This document shows positions 48,801-62,249 of a stretch of DNA of 64,000 bases, piece after piece (within the stretch, counting starts at the first letter, position 1; every line of letters starts with the position of its first letter). Where the stretch lies: the NCBI GenBank assembly GCA_002269645.1, contig NIVC01001117.1, positions 166,763 to 230,762 of the forward strand, given 5' to 3'. The translations under genes were made by a program, and so were the position numbers. The stretch is from Macrostomum lignano (Eukaryota). The notes below the pieces were generated by a model. It did no database searches, was not told the origin of the DNA, and saw only the letters and a program-made list of their open reading frames with translations.

Positions 48801-50486
48801 TTTGCAAGTCCTTGGGCGTTACCAAGATCAGAGGGTCATAGCCTCCGGTTATTCTTACACTTATTACTTCGGAACTACTTTGTATTCTCTTACTACTCAA
48901 TACTGCTGCTTCTTAATAGTATGTACTGTATACGCCTCAGTCTATCTCGCTCTTATGTCTGCAAATGAATAACTTGGAAAAGGGCTCCTCTTATATTTAT
49001 TCGTAACACTCCTTTCTTTCTATGCTTACTCCTTTCATAGGAATTGCACAAAGGCAAGTTGCTCTCTCTTTGGCCCAGATCGCGTCTATTTATACTAAAT
49101 TATTCCGTAGTTTTAAACAAAAATTATTACTAGTGCTCTGAGTGAACAAATTTCAAAATACAACAAAGGTGTGGAGTGCAAAGTGCAATAACAGTACAAT
49201 GCAAAATTTTTAAAGCACTACTAAATGATATATGTAAAACTATTATAACAGAACAAAGCATTATTCAATAATAAGCAAACAAATTTTGGTAAAAGTAAAA
49301 CCTCGAAAAATAATAGTGAATAAATGACAACATATAAAAGCTTGCAGGAAAAACGGCACTAAAGTTCATTAAGGTTTAAAAATGACATGGATCAGGCAAG
49401 TCACGAAAATATGGCCAACCGATTAGTCTGAATAGCTAGCGCAGCTCGATGTTCAGGAGTCGATGTTGCACCACTTGAGAGTTGGCTTGCATGATGCGCC
49501 GCAGCTCCTTAGTGATGTACTGCAGCATGGCCACACTCTTGGACTGTGTGTAGAGTTTGCGGAGAGCTTGAACGGCGGCCCAGGCCTGCGATCGCTGGGG
49601 CAGGGCCTGATCAAAGTGCAGATGCCCGATGCGCTGCAGATACTGAAGAAGGCCGTGCCGGACTCTCTTGATGGCTTCACCGGCTTCCAGCAGACGTTGA
49701 GCAACCTCTCGATAGTTGCAAATAGGCCCTGGCCGCAGCGGCATTGTTATCCAGCCAGGATGCAGCGGCATTGGCAGCAGGTCAAGGCGCAGTGGCTACG
49801 GCAGCAGCAGCGGCTGGTCTGGGCGCAGCGGCTGCAACGGCAGCGGCGGCAGCGGGTGCAGCCGCTGATCGTCGTCAAGCCGGAGGCATGCCTGCTGGCT
49901 GCCATAGTTGCACTGTCCTTCGCTTTGAAATGGCGGCGGCTGCAGCACGAGGCGCAGGGGCAGCGATGGCCAGCCGTTGACTGCCCGGGCTGACGTAGAC
50001 TTGCACCGGGGCAGCTGCGGCGGCCTGTAGAATCGCGGCTCTCTTCTGTGGTGTTGGTCCATCGTTGACTTGCAGCCGTTGACTCGCAACAGGTGATGAT
50101 GTTCTCGGCCTCTTGTTGCTGTCGCCTGGCAGTTGTGGTCTGGTGGGGCATCGCAGCGGAGCCTCATCTGGTGCTGCTTGCCTTGGTGGAGCCGGCTGTC
50201 TTGGCGGTGGAGTCGGCTGTCTTGGCGGTGGAGTCGGCTGTCTCGGCGGTGGAGTCGGCTGTCTCGGCGGTGGAGTCGGCTGTCTCGGCTTGAGTAAGGT
50301 ATACAATAAGAGAAAATAAAGCAGAGCACCTTATTGATTACTCAAATGCTATTAAAAAATATTAAGATTTTGCTACACTGTATTCTTATGTTTCTGTGGG
50401 TGCAAAAGCTTTGCAGTTTTTTGGTTCAAAACTACTGAATATTTAATCAAATAGAGTGGTGCTTGCCAGCATCCCTGTTGTCAGCA

Positions 50487-51856
50487 TTATTTTTTTAAGT
50501 TATATGCAATGGCATGCAAGAAGAACTTGAGAGGAAAGTCAGGTGGCAAACCATCAGCGTTCCATCGTTCAGCAATGCGCTGCACCCGTGTGTTGCTTTC
50601 TGAGTTTTTTTTTCATTTCTTTGGAGCCTCACCAGCAGCCGCCCATTGCATAAGCCATGTCTGGTGATCAAATTCCTTCTTGAGACTGCTGATGAATTTG
50701 AATGTTTGTGGATAGCTGCAGCCAAGCACCGTTTATAGCCTCCAATCCCAGGCTTCCATGGAGTTGTTGGTTTAGTGGAGCATTTGCTCACGCATGTTCC
50801 AAAACAAGATAGGATATCTCGGCTGCCTCCTGGCTCCATGCGGTAGCCGGCGGCCAACCCACTGGTCTTCAAAATAATCCACAGTTGAGGCCAGCGCTTC
50901 AGGAAAGTCTGGCAGCATGATCAGCTCATCAAAAGCAGCCTCGACGGAATCAACTGGAATAAATGCCAAAGCAGAGAAGCAGCAAAGCCACACTGAGAGC
51001 ATGCCATCCTCAGCTTCAACTTGGTGCTTGAGTCCATTGGTGATAGCATGTTTGTACACACTTTGCACAGAAAATGTGTACAGACATGTACAAAGTCGCA
51101 CATCCAGCGCTGGGGCTGTAAATTTGGCGCCAAAACTGTGAGCTGCTTGTATAAGCAATTGCAGACTGCTTGAGTCTTTGCTGATAGCAGTGCATAAATT
51201 AATGGACGCACAAATCTATGAAGCTCAACATGGATGCTGACCAGTTGTGCAAATAATGGTGGAGAAGCATCAAAAGTGCCATCTGAATAAAATTGAGCAG
51301 CTGCCTGCAGCGCCAGCAAGTTCTCGTCACTGCCAAAAATCAAAATTTGCTTGTTTCCATGGCTGAAGTTGTCCAGTAGAAATCTTGACCCATTGTGTAC
51401 TCAAAATTCATCAGGAATCACTAAATCGTTCAGATTGATCAGCTGTACAGGTAGTCCTTGGTGCACATAGCGCACATTCTGAACCATTCTCTTCAGCAAG
51501 TTCTGGCTAGGAAAGGCCACACCTGCTGCCTCAGGTAGACTGCTAGCGTGCTCCATAATTATCCTTGCAGTTGGGTCTTGGGTCTGCCTTGCATTGGTCT
51601 TCATGCCTCGGACGGCCTCCAGGACGCTGAAACGTGAGCCAACTGCACCATGGTTATGCTGGTTTATGACATTTTCACCTTGTATATGAACTCTGGCTGA
51701 GCAGAATCCAGAACGGCGTTCCTTGCACTGCCATAAACTTATTGAGGCATCAGCTTGGCTTAATTTTTCTATGGTATAGTAGTACCATTGGCATGCTGCT
51801 TTACGCTTGCTGCGCATTGTAACTGAGAACTGGACTGGAGTGCGAGCTTCTGCCAT
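50487..51856 (-). pseudogene. Decayed FLYWCH-MULE transposase
   Basis: FLYWCH-like WQCKERRSGFCSARV...HNH, then FYSDGTFDASPPLFAQLVSIH, RWMCDF, ALAFIPVDSV, DYFEDQW, H*TNNSMEAW and FLHAIAYNL-stop. Several in-frame stops and a frameshift/deletion across CxxH. Confidence 0.88.
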
Positions 51857-52689
51857 TTCAATTCAACTCGTTTGCAGTTAATTTGCAGTTTGCACAGCTA
51901 AGAAAACTATAGGATTCAGAGCAGCAGAATCGATTTCATGATTTTCCTCTTGCTCCAACTGTGTATGCTGATCTATATACTAGTGCAGCACACTAGAGTG
52001 GTAATTCAATGTTTACTAAACTCAGTAAAAACAATAACTAGCAATCAGTTTTAACAAGCGCTGTCTACTCGGGGCATATCAGAAACATTTATTTTTCTTC
52101 AGTTCTTTTTTCGTGCACTTTGTGCAAGTAAACATGTATTGAAACTGTAGGAGAATGTACCCTCAGTGCGCTTAGACTTTTTACAGAAAAGTAGAACTTT
52201 TGGAGGAAACACTTAATCAGCAGGAAAACCAGGCATAAAACAGCATTTCGTCTATCCAATCCAAAATAGAATCCCAATTAGACTCCTTACTAATATATTT
52301 CCCCAATTGTTAAAGAACATTCTTCTTTAAACAAAGTTATCAAAAGGGATAGAAAAAATTCAGCTGATACATTATGAGTTGCATAATGCCATGCATTAGA
52401 TTTGGGTTTCTTATAATTTTGAAGTCTATCTGAGTTGTCTTTTTTATATCTTAAATCATGCTCTGAATGTACTGATGGGTTTTTACACATTTAGAACTTT
52501 ATAGTTTTGTCGTATGCAATGTTCCATAAAGAGACAAACAGCCACAGAGACAGACAGGCACTGAATTAAGAAAGAACTTTAAAAAAGGAAAGCCATTTGC
52601 AGAGATGCAATTTTCTTTGATAAATTCGACACAGGCAGGCAGGCAGATAGACAGACAGGTAGGAAGGTAGGAAGGTAAATAGGTAATCA

Positions 52690-53048
52690 CAAGAAATTTC
52701 TTGCAGGAAAATCTTTCTGCTAGAGAAAGTCTGCTGGGAAAATTTGTGCAGGGAAAATTTGTGCAGGAAAATCTCGGCAATAAAAGCTTGGCAGGAAAAT
52801 CTCAATAGGGAAATTTCCTGCGGGAAACTCTTGCTGCAGTAAAAACTCCCTGTGGGAAAATCTTGTGCGGGGAAAGCTCCTGCGGCAAATTTTTGTTGTG
52901 GGAAAAACTTGCTACAGGAAAATCTCGAGCAGGGAAAGCTCCTGTGACAAATTTTCATTGTGGGAAAACTTGCTGCGGGAAAATCTTGTGTGGGAAAAAC
53001 TTGTGCGGGGAAAGCTCGATGGGAAAAATTCCTGCAAGAAATTCTCGT
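52690..53048. repeat. Degenerate 15-16 bp gggaaaa-type subterminal repeats, probably the 5' end of the FLYWCH-MULE
   Basis: Repeated (c)tgcgggaaaa(t)ct modules upstream of the minus-strand transposase. No matching opposite end was found. Confidence 0.5.
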
Positions 53049-53153
53049 GCTCCTGATATAGTTTTAGTATATATAAGGATTCAATTTCATATGCATGTAG
53101 GCCTTAGGGACTATTTAGGGACTATTTTAGGAAGTAGTATTAGGGACATACAT

Positions 53154-53309
53154 GCGCAACCTTGGGAATCACTCGGCCGTTTCTATTGGCAACACACACA
53201 TGTAAGTCGCTATTGGCTGAGAGCAGTCACGTGACTACTATTCCGTCCAATAGCGACTTACATGTGTGTGTTGCCTATAAAAACGGCCGGGTGAATCCCT
53301 AGGTTGCGC
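53154..53309. repeat. Long imperfect hairpin (63-bp arms) with a central palindrome AGTCACGTGACT
   Basis: 53154-53216 is nearly the reverse complement of 53247-53309. Confidence 0.85.
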
Positions 53310-55279
53310 CCAAACATGATTAGGGACTAAATTAGGCAATAATTAGGGAATTGCATTGTTATCAGAGCGTGGTGGAGTGTAGCAGTTGTGGACAGCTACA
53401 CTCTTACAAAAAGCCACAAGTGCTTGATGACGGCATTGCAAAGGGCGAGTGCAGGCCGCCCTAAAAGTCTGCTTCCACTTTAGAGGGGTTGTATGCTTTT
53501 TGTGGGGCGGGGTTCAATTACATTTTTAACAGAGACATTTCAGAAATCACACGAGAATGGGGAACCGTGAGAATCGGCCGGAATTGCGCGGTGGCTGGAA
53601 GACGTGGGAAATGATAACGCAGACAGTTTCACAGGGACTTCATCGGGGAAATTTACTATAAATAAGCGAGGGGTTAAATGCTAAAAACTTTACCCTTTTT
53701 CCACTCTTTTTTCACTCTCTTTTACACGCCTTGTATTAACTTTTGGATTGCTTAATAGTTTGCAAATCACGACGACCGCTTCTGCAGACACCTGTGACCG
53801 GAGGGTAAGACTGAGCACTGCCATGACTTTAGATTTATGAATATTAGCGTATCGGTCTCAGACCAGGTAGATAGGTGTAATTTATATATATATATATAAT
53901 AGATTAATAGGAGTATTTGAGTAGCTTAGTTATACCGTAGTGTCTCAGACTTATTCTCCCTGCTTGTAGCTCGCTTATAGTATATTATATATAGTATTAT
54001 GAAAGTTATAAAATATAAATAATAACTATAAGTGTCTATTCAAAAAAGTAGCATAGCATATCCTAGAATGTATTTTCAAAGGATAAATCTATATACTATT
54101 TCTATGCCCTAATAAATTTGAACTAAAAATTAGGAAAATTCAAATAAAATTAACAAATATTAATGTTTTATAAATAATTTAACAAGAAAGTTGCTATAGA
54201 CCTCAATATGCTCAATGATTATTATGTCAAGTATATTAGAGACCCCTTATATATATTAGACTTTTTGTACCAAATGCTATGGATGATTAGTAAAGAATGA
54301 GTTAAGAGGCATAGAATATATTGATTATATGACCTACTATATTATTATTTAGTAGATTGTGATAAACAAATTTTTTTACTTTTAATGCAAATCAATCATT
54401 TTTTTAAAAGATACGAGTAAGTTATATATTATATTCTAGGCTTAGAAGCTCTTTCTCAAAAGTATTATCAATAGCATTTAGAAAACATAAATTTTTAATT
54501 TTAATTACTTCAGCTCTACCTAGTTATTAGTCTTTTGGGTAGCTAGATAAAATGAATTGTTTCTAGGTAAGTATACATATATTAGATTATAGACAGAATA
54601 GCTCAACCAATTTTCTTCAAATTTACATTGATCATAATAATAGCATAAAAATATTATTGTTCTATATCATTATTTTTTAGTTCAAATTTGCTTTATATAA
54701 CATTCTTAAAAATTAGTCAATGTTTTCCTTGGCTATTAGAATTAGAATTACTTTTAGTTGAGTGCTCTGACTTATATAAGACATCAAGAAATAATTTAGC
54801 CTATAATATATTTAAAGACTTATGTCATTATTTCAAATTTTATGAAAAATAAAATGGTATTGCAGAGTAATAGAATTATTATAGACTTAATAATCTGGCT
54901 TCTGCTTTAAAATAAAATTGAGCCTAGAGTATATTGTTGAGTCTATCAGATTAGAATTTAACTTTTTATGATTATATATATTACTTTATTATGCTTTGTA
55001 GACCCAAATGGTAATTTTTATTAAGTTTTTAACCTATTTTTTATATATGAGTGCCATAGCATACATGGTACTTTTTATGAGATATAATTTGTAGGGTAAA
55101 TTATTATTGCTAAGTAAATATTTATCTCTAAAAGTAAAGTCTAACCAAGCAAGTATTTCACTTGTTTTGTTTGACAAGTTGATTAAATTTAAGTCAATTT
55201 TTTATTTTGAAACTGTATAAGGGATGTCCTAAAAGTTGCACAAAATGTCAGTGAGATAGTCCAAAACCAATTAAAGATG

Positions 55280-55620
55280 AAACCACCCATACACTCACCC
55301 ATAAACCACCCATACAATTATCCATAAATCACCCATACAGTCACCCATAAACCACCCATAAAATCGACCATAAACCACCCATACAATCGACCATAAACCA
55401 CCCATACAATCGACCATAAACCACCCATACAATCGACCATAAACCACCCATACAATCGACCATAAACCACCCATAAAATCGACCATAAACCACCCATACA
55501 ATCGACCATAAACCACCCATACAATCGACCATAAACCATCCATAAAATCGACCATAAACCACCCATACAATCGACCATAAACCACCCATACAAATCGCCC
55601 ATAAACTGATAAACCACCCT
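55280..55620. repeat. 23-bp minisatellite (aaaccacccatacaatcgaccat)
   Basis: Period 23. Confidence 0.95.
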
Positions 55621-55647
55621 AGAATCACAACAAAGCACAGCTAAAGT

Positions 55648-57618
55648 TTGGCGTACTATTCGATACTTGAAGAAACTTTAAGCAAAAAAACTCGAATCGA
55701 TTCGTGTACTTGTTCGGACTATAAAAGTACATATAGCATCTTTTCTAAGTACTCGTTTATGATTGGCCTTAAAGCCTTTATGAAATGTCACGAATTATTT
55801 GCAGCGACAGACGATGCCATGAACAACTGCTCGAATATTCTCGGTCGATTAAGAGGCGAACCAAGTCAGCCTGACAGGCGCAATGCTGACCCGAACCGGC
55901 CAACTATTCCAGATCTCTACATTCAATCTCCGGTGTTGCACCGATCCCGGAGCGCTGCGGACCCCCAGCCTATCCATCACAGCTTGCCTCATCGCCAAAA
56001 CTCTCCATCGTCGCCATCGATTCCTTCATCTAGCGAGGCTCAGAGTTCCTATACCGCTTACGCTAAAACTGTCTGGGGTCCTCTATCCAGTAGTAAACGG
56101 CCTAGACACGAGGCGGCAGATAGAGAATCTCGAGATAGTTGTTCTCGCGCAACATTAATTGGCGCCGCGTCGTCAAGGACGCACGATTCTGTTAGAGAGT
56201 CGCACGATTTACCGTCAGCTTCTGTCAACTCTGACAGATCGTACAGTAGCGAATTTACTGGCATGGAGTCTTCTAGGTTGCATGAAGTGTCTGCTAGCTT
56301 TGAAGCTAGGCATAGAAGTCGGTCGCCCGTTGAGAGGCAATCTGATGCTGATGCTTATGAATTGCAGCACCCACGGCTACAAAGACTGTCTACTGACGCT
56401 CATGTTGGCAGGCCACATAAGGCCTCGTCTGACAATGATCATAGAAGGCTACAAAGACTGTCAGCTGATACTCATGCTAACAGGCCACATGGGGCTTCGC
56501 CTAGCAATGACCATACAAAGCTACAAAGACTGTCAGCTGACGCTCATGACCCTAGAAGGCTACAAAGACTGTCAGCTGATGCTCATGACCCTAGAAAGCT
56601 ACAAAGACTGTCAGCTGACGCTCATGACCATAGAAAGCTACAAAGACTGTCAGCTGACGCTCATGACCATAGAAAGCTACAAAGACTGTCAGCTGATGCT
56701 CATGACCCTAGAAGGCTACAAAGACTTTCAGCTGATGCTCATGACCCTAGAAGGCTACAAAGACTGTCAGCTGATGCTCATGACCCTAGAAAGCTACAAA
56801 GATTGTCAGCTGATGCTTATGTCGGCAGACCACATGGGGCCTCGCCTGACAACGGCCATAGAAGGCTACAAAGACAGTCAGCAAGCACTGAAGCCAGATC
56901 GCGTTTTAAAGCAGCCGCAAACGAGTTCAAAGTTCCAGACGCAAGTCAGCTTAGGCATGAACACGGGGCTTATCAACCGGAAGCTAAGCTAAGCAGGCAC
57001 AATATGAGAGCTGGAACCAGTGCACAGATTAGTACAAATGAGCGTCGGCATTCGAATATTGCTACCACCGCCGCCGCCGCTGCGGCCGCCTTCAACGAGC
57101 CCCGTCCGCCGCGCAAGGTGCAATTCCACGAAACTGTGGTTCATTACCGCGACAGACAATTGTTAAAATCGCCAGCTAATAATTTCAATCAGACTAAACA
57201 GCCAAAGAGTCCATCTGTCGCTTGCGAAGGCGGCAATATGCTGGGACCTTCAAAGATTTTGCTGCTACCTAGCGGTCACCTGCGCTATGATGGAGCAAAA
57301 GAGCCATCCCTGGAGGCTGATGCATCCAAGCCGGTGTCCGCTCCCAAATCCGATTGGCGCAGAGCCCTACCGCCGCCTACCATTGTTGCGGCCAGCTGGA
57401 GTTGCCCCGGCGATCACAACGGCCCGCTGCTATTGCGCCTAGACCGACCAGATTGCCGGCCTAATAATTTCGTAGAATTATTTCCGCCTTTTTTAGACGC
57501 GATGGCGTCTCAATCGCCTGGACGAGCTGAGAATGAGATTGAGCTGACTGCAAATCGCCAGTCCGCCGCAACGGTGTCTCGCGATCTGTTGCCATTTCGG
57601 CGGAAAAGCCATCGCTAG
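55648..57618 (+). CDS. Uncharacterised, largely disordered Ser/Arg-rich protein with 12-aa tandem repeats and an RVxF-like motif; start uncertain
   Basis: 656-codon open frame extending well beyond the 36-bp repeat (RLQRLSADAHDP). PRKVQFHETV motif. Possible acceptor cacAG near 55640. Confidence 0.6.
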   Translation: MAYYSILEETLSKKTRIDSCTCSDYKSTYSIFSKYSFMIGLKAFMKCHELFAATDDAMNNCSNILGRLRGEPSQPDRRNADPNRPTIPDLYIQSPVLHRSRSAADPQPIHHSLPHRQNSPSSPSIPSSSEAQSSYTAYAKTVWGPLSSSKRPRHEAADRESRDSCSRATLIGAASSRTHDSVRESHDLPSASVNSDRSYSSEFTGMESSRLHEVSASFEARHRSRSPVERQSDADAYELQHPRLQRLSTDAHVGRPHKASSDNDHRRLQRLSADTHANRPHGASPSNDHTKLQRLSADAHDPRRLQRLSADAHDPRKLQRLSADAHDHRKLQRLSADAHDHRKLQRLSADAHDPRRLQRLSADAHDPRRLQRLSADAHDPRKLQRLSADAYVGRPHGASPDNGHRRLQRQSASTEARSRFKAAANEFKVPDASQLRHEHGAYQPEAKLSRHNMRAGTSAQISTNERRHSNIATTAAAAAAAFNEPRPPRKVQFHETVVHYRDRQLLKSPANNFNQTKQPKSPSVACEGGNMLGPSKILLLPSGHLRYDGAKEPSLEADASKPVSAPKSDWRRALPPPTIVAASWSCPGDHNGPLLLRLDRPDCRPNNFVELFPPFLDAMASQSPGRAENEIELTANRQSAATVSRDLLPFRRKSHR

Positions 57619-58212
57619 TTTTGTTTATTCTAATAGATGCGTTTATACGATTGACTTCTTTTCAAACTTACTTTTTCTTATTCTATTTGTTTTGCTCAGC
57701 GTTTTTCAATTCCAAGTGTTTCGGCTTCCAGACTTGATGTAGAAATAAAATTTGTTTTGGTCATTTTTTGCAGCTATTTTTCTGCATTTTGTTTACTGAC
57801 AGTAGATTGTGTGGTTTTATTAATTTGTTTTAAAGTTTAACGTTATTTTAAATAATTTATTTATTAGGTGAGGTAGGGCTCATAAAATCAAGACCTTGGA
57901 CTTACAACGTTGAGTTATGAAATATAGACCCTATCGATTGAATGTTAAAGTATATTTATGCCTGCTTGATCTCAGACATTTCACATTATAGTTTTACACA
58001 ACTCGAAACTTCCTAGTAAGTTCGAAATGTCTCATAAGCTCCAAACTTCTTAACCTTCGAATTTCAAAATCTGGGAGCTTCTTTTAATGAGCTCAAATTT
58101 TCGCATAGATTCAAATTCTACTGCTATTAATATCGCTCAGAGTAGATTAGCAATGTTTGTACATTTGTAAAAAGTCATTGCACAATTATTGCTAATTCCT
58201 GTCGCCCTAACA

Positions 58213-61200
58213 ATGGGAAAGAAAGTGAAGACAGGAAAGTCTCGCCGAGACAAATTCTACCACCTGGCCAAGGAGTCCGGCTATCGGTCTCGAGCCGCAT
58301 TTAAACTGCTCCAGTTGAACAGGAAATTCGCTTTCCTACAGCAGAGCCGAGTTGTTATTGATTTGTGCGCTGCTCCGGGCGGCTGGCTGCAGGTTGTACG
58401 CGAATGCGCCCCAGTCTCTGGCCTGGTTATTGGAGTCGATCTGGTCCCAATTAGGCCGGTGCCGAATGTTAAGACTCTGGTTGCGGATATTACCACCTCC
58501 GAGTGTCGGGCTCTCTTGCGCAAGGAGCTGCAGCATCTCAAAGCCGACTGCGTCTTGCACGACGGCGCCCCGAATGTCGGCACTGATTGGGGCTACGATG
58601 AGTTTGCTCAGGCCAGCCTGTGCCATCAGGCGCTGCTGTTAGCCACTGATTTCCTTCGCCGCGGCGGCACCTTTGTTACTAAAGTGTTCCGTTCGGCCGA
58701 TTATGAGAAGCTGAAATTTGTTCTGCTACAATTGTTCAAAGGCGTCCGAGCTGCCAAGCCGGAGGCTAGCAGGTTAGAGTCGGCCGAGATCTACTTGATC
58801 TGTCAGGGTTATAAAGCTCCCGATCAATTAGATCCGGCGTTTCGCGACATTACCAAGGTATTCGGTGACGTTGCTGTGCCGGCTAAACCGGCCGTGTTAA
58901 GCCGGACATTCGGCCCGGTTAAGAAGCAGAAAGCGCAAGGCTATACTGAGCTGGATGGGAAACTTGTCGACTTGCCAGTGTCCCGGTTTCTGAGCAGCGA
59001 AGAGCCGCTGCAGCTGCTGGCTTCGTGCGGTCGGGTTGTGTTCGATCTGCCCGAGGTTGAGCAGATGGCCTCGCCTGAGCTGATTGCCTGCTGCAAGTGA
59101 GAGCTGTTTTGCTTTTTTCACTTTTGATTTCTTGCTTAGATATATGAATTTTCAAGTAGTCATTTTCTATAATACTGAATATTCTATATGTCATTCTGTG
59201 CAGCTGAAATCCTAAAACCCCTATGTGTTTATGTGTTAAAATCCTATTCTGTGAAAGTGAAATCCCTAAAATTCCCATTCTGTGACACTGAAATCCCTAA
59301 AATTCCCATTCTGTGAAAGTGAAATTCCTAAAATCCCATTCCGTGAAAGTGAAATCCCAAAGATTCCCATTCTGTAAAACTGAAATCTCTAAAATTCCCA
59401 TTCTGTGAAAGTGAAATCCCTAAAATTCCCATTCTGTAAAACTGAAATCTCTAAAATTCCCATTCTGTGACACTGAAATCCCTAAAATTCCCATTCTGTG
59501 AAAGTGAAATCCCTAAAATTCCATTCTGTGTAACTGAAATTCCTAAAATCCCATTCTGTGTAACTGAAATTCCTAAAATCCCATTCCGTGAAAGTGAAAT
59601 CCCTATCTGTGAAAGTGAAATCCCAAAAATTCCCATTCTGTGACACTGAAATCCCTAAAATTCCCATTCTGTAAAACTGAAATCTCTAAAATTCCCATTC
59701 TGTGAAAGTGAAATCCCTAAAATTCCCATTCTGTAAAACTGAAATCTCTAAAATTCCCATTCTGTGAAAGTGAAATCCCTAAAATTCCCATTCTGTAAAA
59801 CTGAAATTCCTAAAATCCCATTCTGTGAAAGTGAAATCCCTATCTGTGAAAGTGAAATCCCAAAAATTCCCACTCTGTAAAACTGAAATCTCTAAAATTC
59901 CCATTCTGTGACACTGAAATCCCTAAAATTCCCATTCTGTAAAACTGAAATCTCTAAAATTCCCATTCTGTGAAAGTGAAATCCCTAAAATTCCCATTCT
60001 GTAAAACTGAAATCTCTAAAATTCCCATTCTGTGACACTGAAATCCCTAAAATTCCCATTCTGTGAAAGTGAAATCCCTAAAATTCCCATTCTGTAAAAC
60101 TGAAATCTCTAAAATTCCCATTCTGTGACACTGAAATCCCTAAAATTCCCATTCTGTGACACTGAAATCCCTAAAATTCCCATTCTGTGAAAGTGAAATC
60201 CCTAAAATTCCTATTCTGTGAAAGTAAAATCCCTAAAATTCCCATTCCGTGAAAGTAAAATCCCTAAAATTCCCATTCCGTGAAACTGATACTCTACCTC
60301 TCCCACAGAGACATCAAGGTTCTTGGCAAAGCGGAAGTCGCCGCTTTGCTTCAATGGCGCCGACGACTTCTTGAACGACTTCGCCGATCCGAGGAGCAGC
60401 TGGCTGCTGCCAAGCCTGCTGCAACCGCCGCCGCTGGAGCAGCAGCTGCCACGCCAGACGATGTGACAATCGCTGAGGCGGCCGAGGACGCAGAGATGCA
60501 GAAAGTTGACCAGCTGGTGTCCAAAGTGGCCAGAGAGGAGCAGCTGAGCGCTAAGAAGAAGGCTAAGAAAACTCGCGAAGCAAAGAAACGCTTAGTTAAG
60601 CGAATCCAATTGAGCATGGTGCACCAGGGTGACACTATTGAGCAGTCTGATGATGTTGATTTATTCAGCTTAGCTCGGGTTCGCCGCCTGCTAGACACCG
60701 AAGCTCCAGCGCCCGACGTTGTCGACGAAGCCGAGGCTGTGGATCCCACCGCTGCCAGCAGCAAGAACTCGCGACTCCGCTATCACAGTCGCGATGCTGG
60801 CGCCAATATCGAAGGTTCTGCGGCTTTAGTTGAACCGCGCACAAAACGGCCGCGACTACCAGCCGCCACCAGTCGAGTCGGCGACGATGCCGACGATCCC
60901 GACAGCTTGGACGACGACGACGACGAAGAAAATGCATCGTCATCTAACGATGACGAGTCAGATCATTCCGTTGAAGATGCTGATGATGATTGCGATGCGC
61001 AGAATCCTCTTTTAACTGATCTGGAAGATCCGGCTGTTAGGCGGAAACGCCGAGCTGACAGCTGGTTTGCGCAGCCGGCATTCGCCGAACTGGAAGCCCC
61101 GACGCAGTCCAAGGCCAATGGTGATGAACAAAATGAGAGGCATCTGTTTGAAAAGCGCTGGTCAGATGATGAAGACGATGATGGAGCGTTGCCAGCAGCT

Positions 61201-61899
61201 TCTGGCAAAGATGTCAGCAACGCTTCGGATAGCGAGTCTGACATCGACAAACAGCCGGAGAAGCAGCAAGTCAAGAGTAAAAAGCAGAGAAAACGCGAGC
61301 AGCGTGAGCAGCAGCTCACCACGCCTGAGGAGCTGGCCATCGCCACTCGCATCGCCACTTCGCGCCGTCAACGCCGAGAGATAGTGGAGAGCGGCTTCCA
61401 TCGGTTCATGTTCAACGACGACAATCTGCCAGCCTGGTTCGTAGCCGACGAGAAGCGTCACATGCGGCCGTCCGGTATCCGTCTGCCAAAATCGGAGCTG
61501 GATCCGCACGCGAAACGACTACGCGGCGTCAATGTTCGAACAGTAAAGAAAGTAGTTGAAGCCAAGGCTAGAAAGAAAATGAAAGCGGCCAGACGCTTAG
61601 AAAAGGTGCGCAAACGAGCTGAGTCGGTACTTGAGCAGGAGGGTGTCGTTGACGCCGAGAAGACCATGCAAGTTCGTCAGCTGTACAAGCGGTCTGGCGT
61701 GCTGGCGCGCAAGAAGCGGCCAGTTGTGTACGCTGTTAGCAAGCGTAGCGGCGCAGTGTCGCGCAAGCAGGCCGCTGGCAAAGGCTCGATTGTTAAGCGA
61801 GTTGATCCGCGTTTGAAAAAGGACAAACGTTCGGCTGGCGCCAAGGGCAAATCGCGTGGGAAGAAGAATAGCAACAATAATAAGCAGAGGAAGCGTTGA
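58213..61899 (+). CDS. FTSJ3: Pre-rRNA 2'-O-ribose methyltransferase FTSJ3/Spb1. Exons 58213-59096 and 60309-61899.
   Basis: MGKKVKTGKSRRDKFYHLAKESGYRSRAAFKLLQL, IDLCAAPGGWLQV, VLHDGAPNVG and FVTKVFRS. The phase-2 junction gives CCK|DIKVLGK. C-terminal LPAWFVADEKRH and KKVVEAKARKK. Confidence 0.96.
59245..60285. repeat. 31-bp minisatellite (tgaaagtgaaatccctaaaattcccattctg) filling the FTSJ3 intron
   Basis: Period 31. Confidence 0.96.
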
Positions 61900-62249
61900 T
61901 GACATTAATTTGTTGCTAAATAGCGTACGATTGCATTTCTCCTGGTCGGTTAATAACTTATGCTCCTTGATTCAATTTTAATATCTGTTGCTCCCTTGTT
62001 TAACAGTTGGAGAGGCCAGTTAAACAATATGCCTAATAAATGAGGATGACCAAAAGTTTGATGGAGTTAATTCCGTACTGGCTTAATGTCAGCTTTGCCT
62101 ATTAGTTAACATTAGAGGATTTGTGAAGTAAGAACTGTGACACTTTTACTTCTTATTTGAATCTTTTCAGTCGTTCAGTGTATTGATTTAGTTTTTATAG
62201 GTTGGTAGGGCCTATAAAATAGGTTTTAGTGCGCTGACTCGCGACACTT

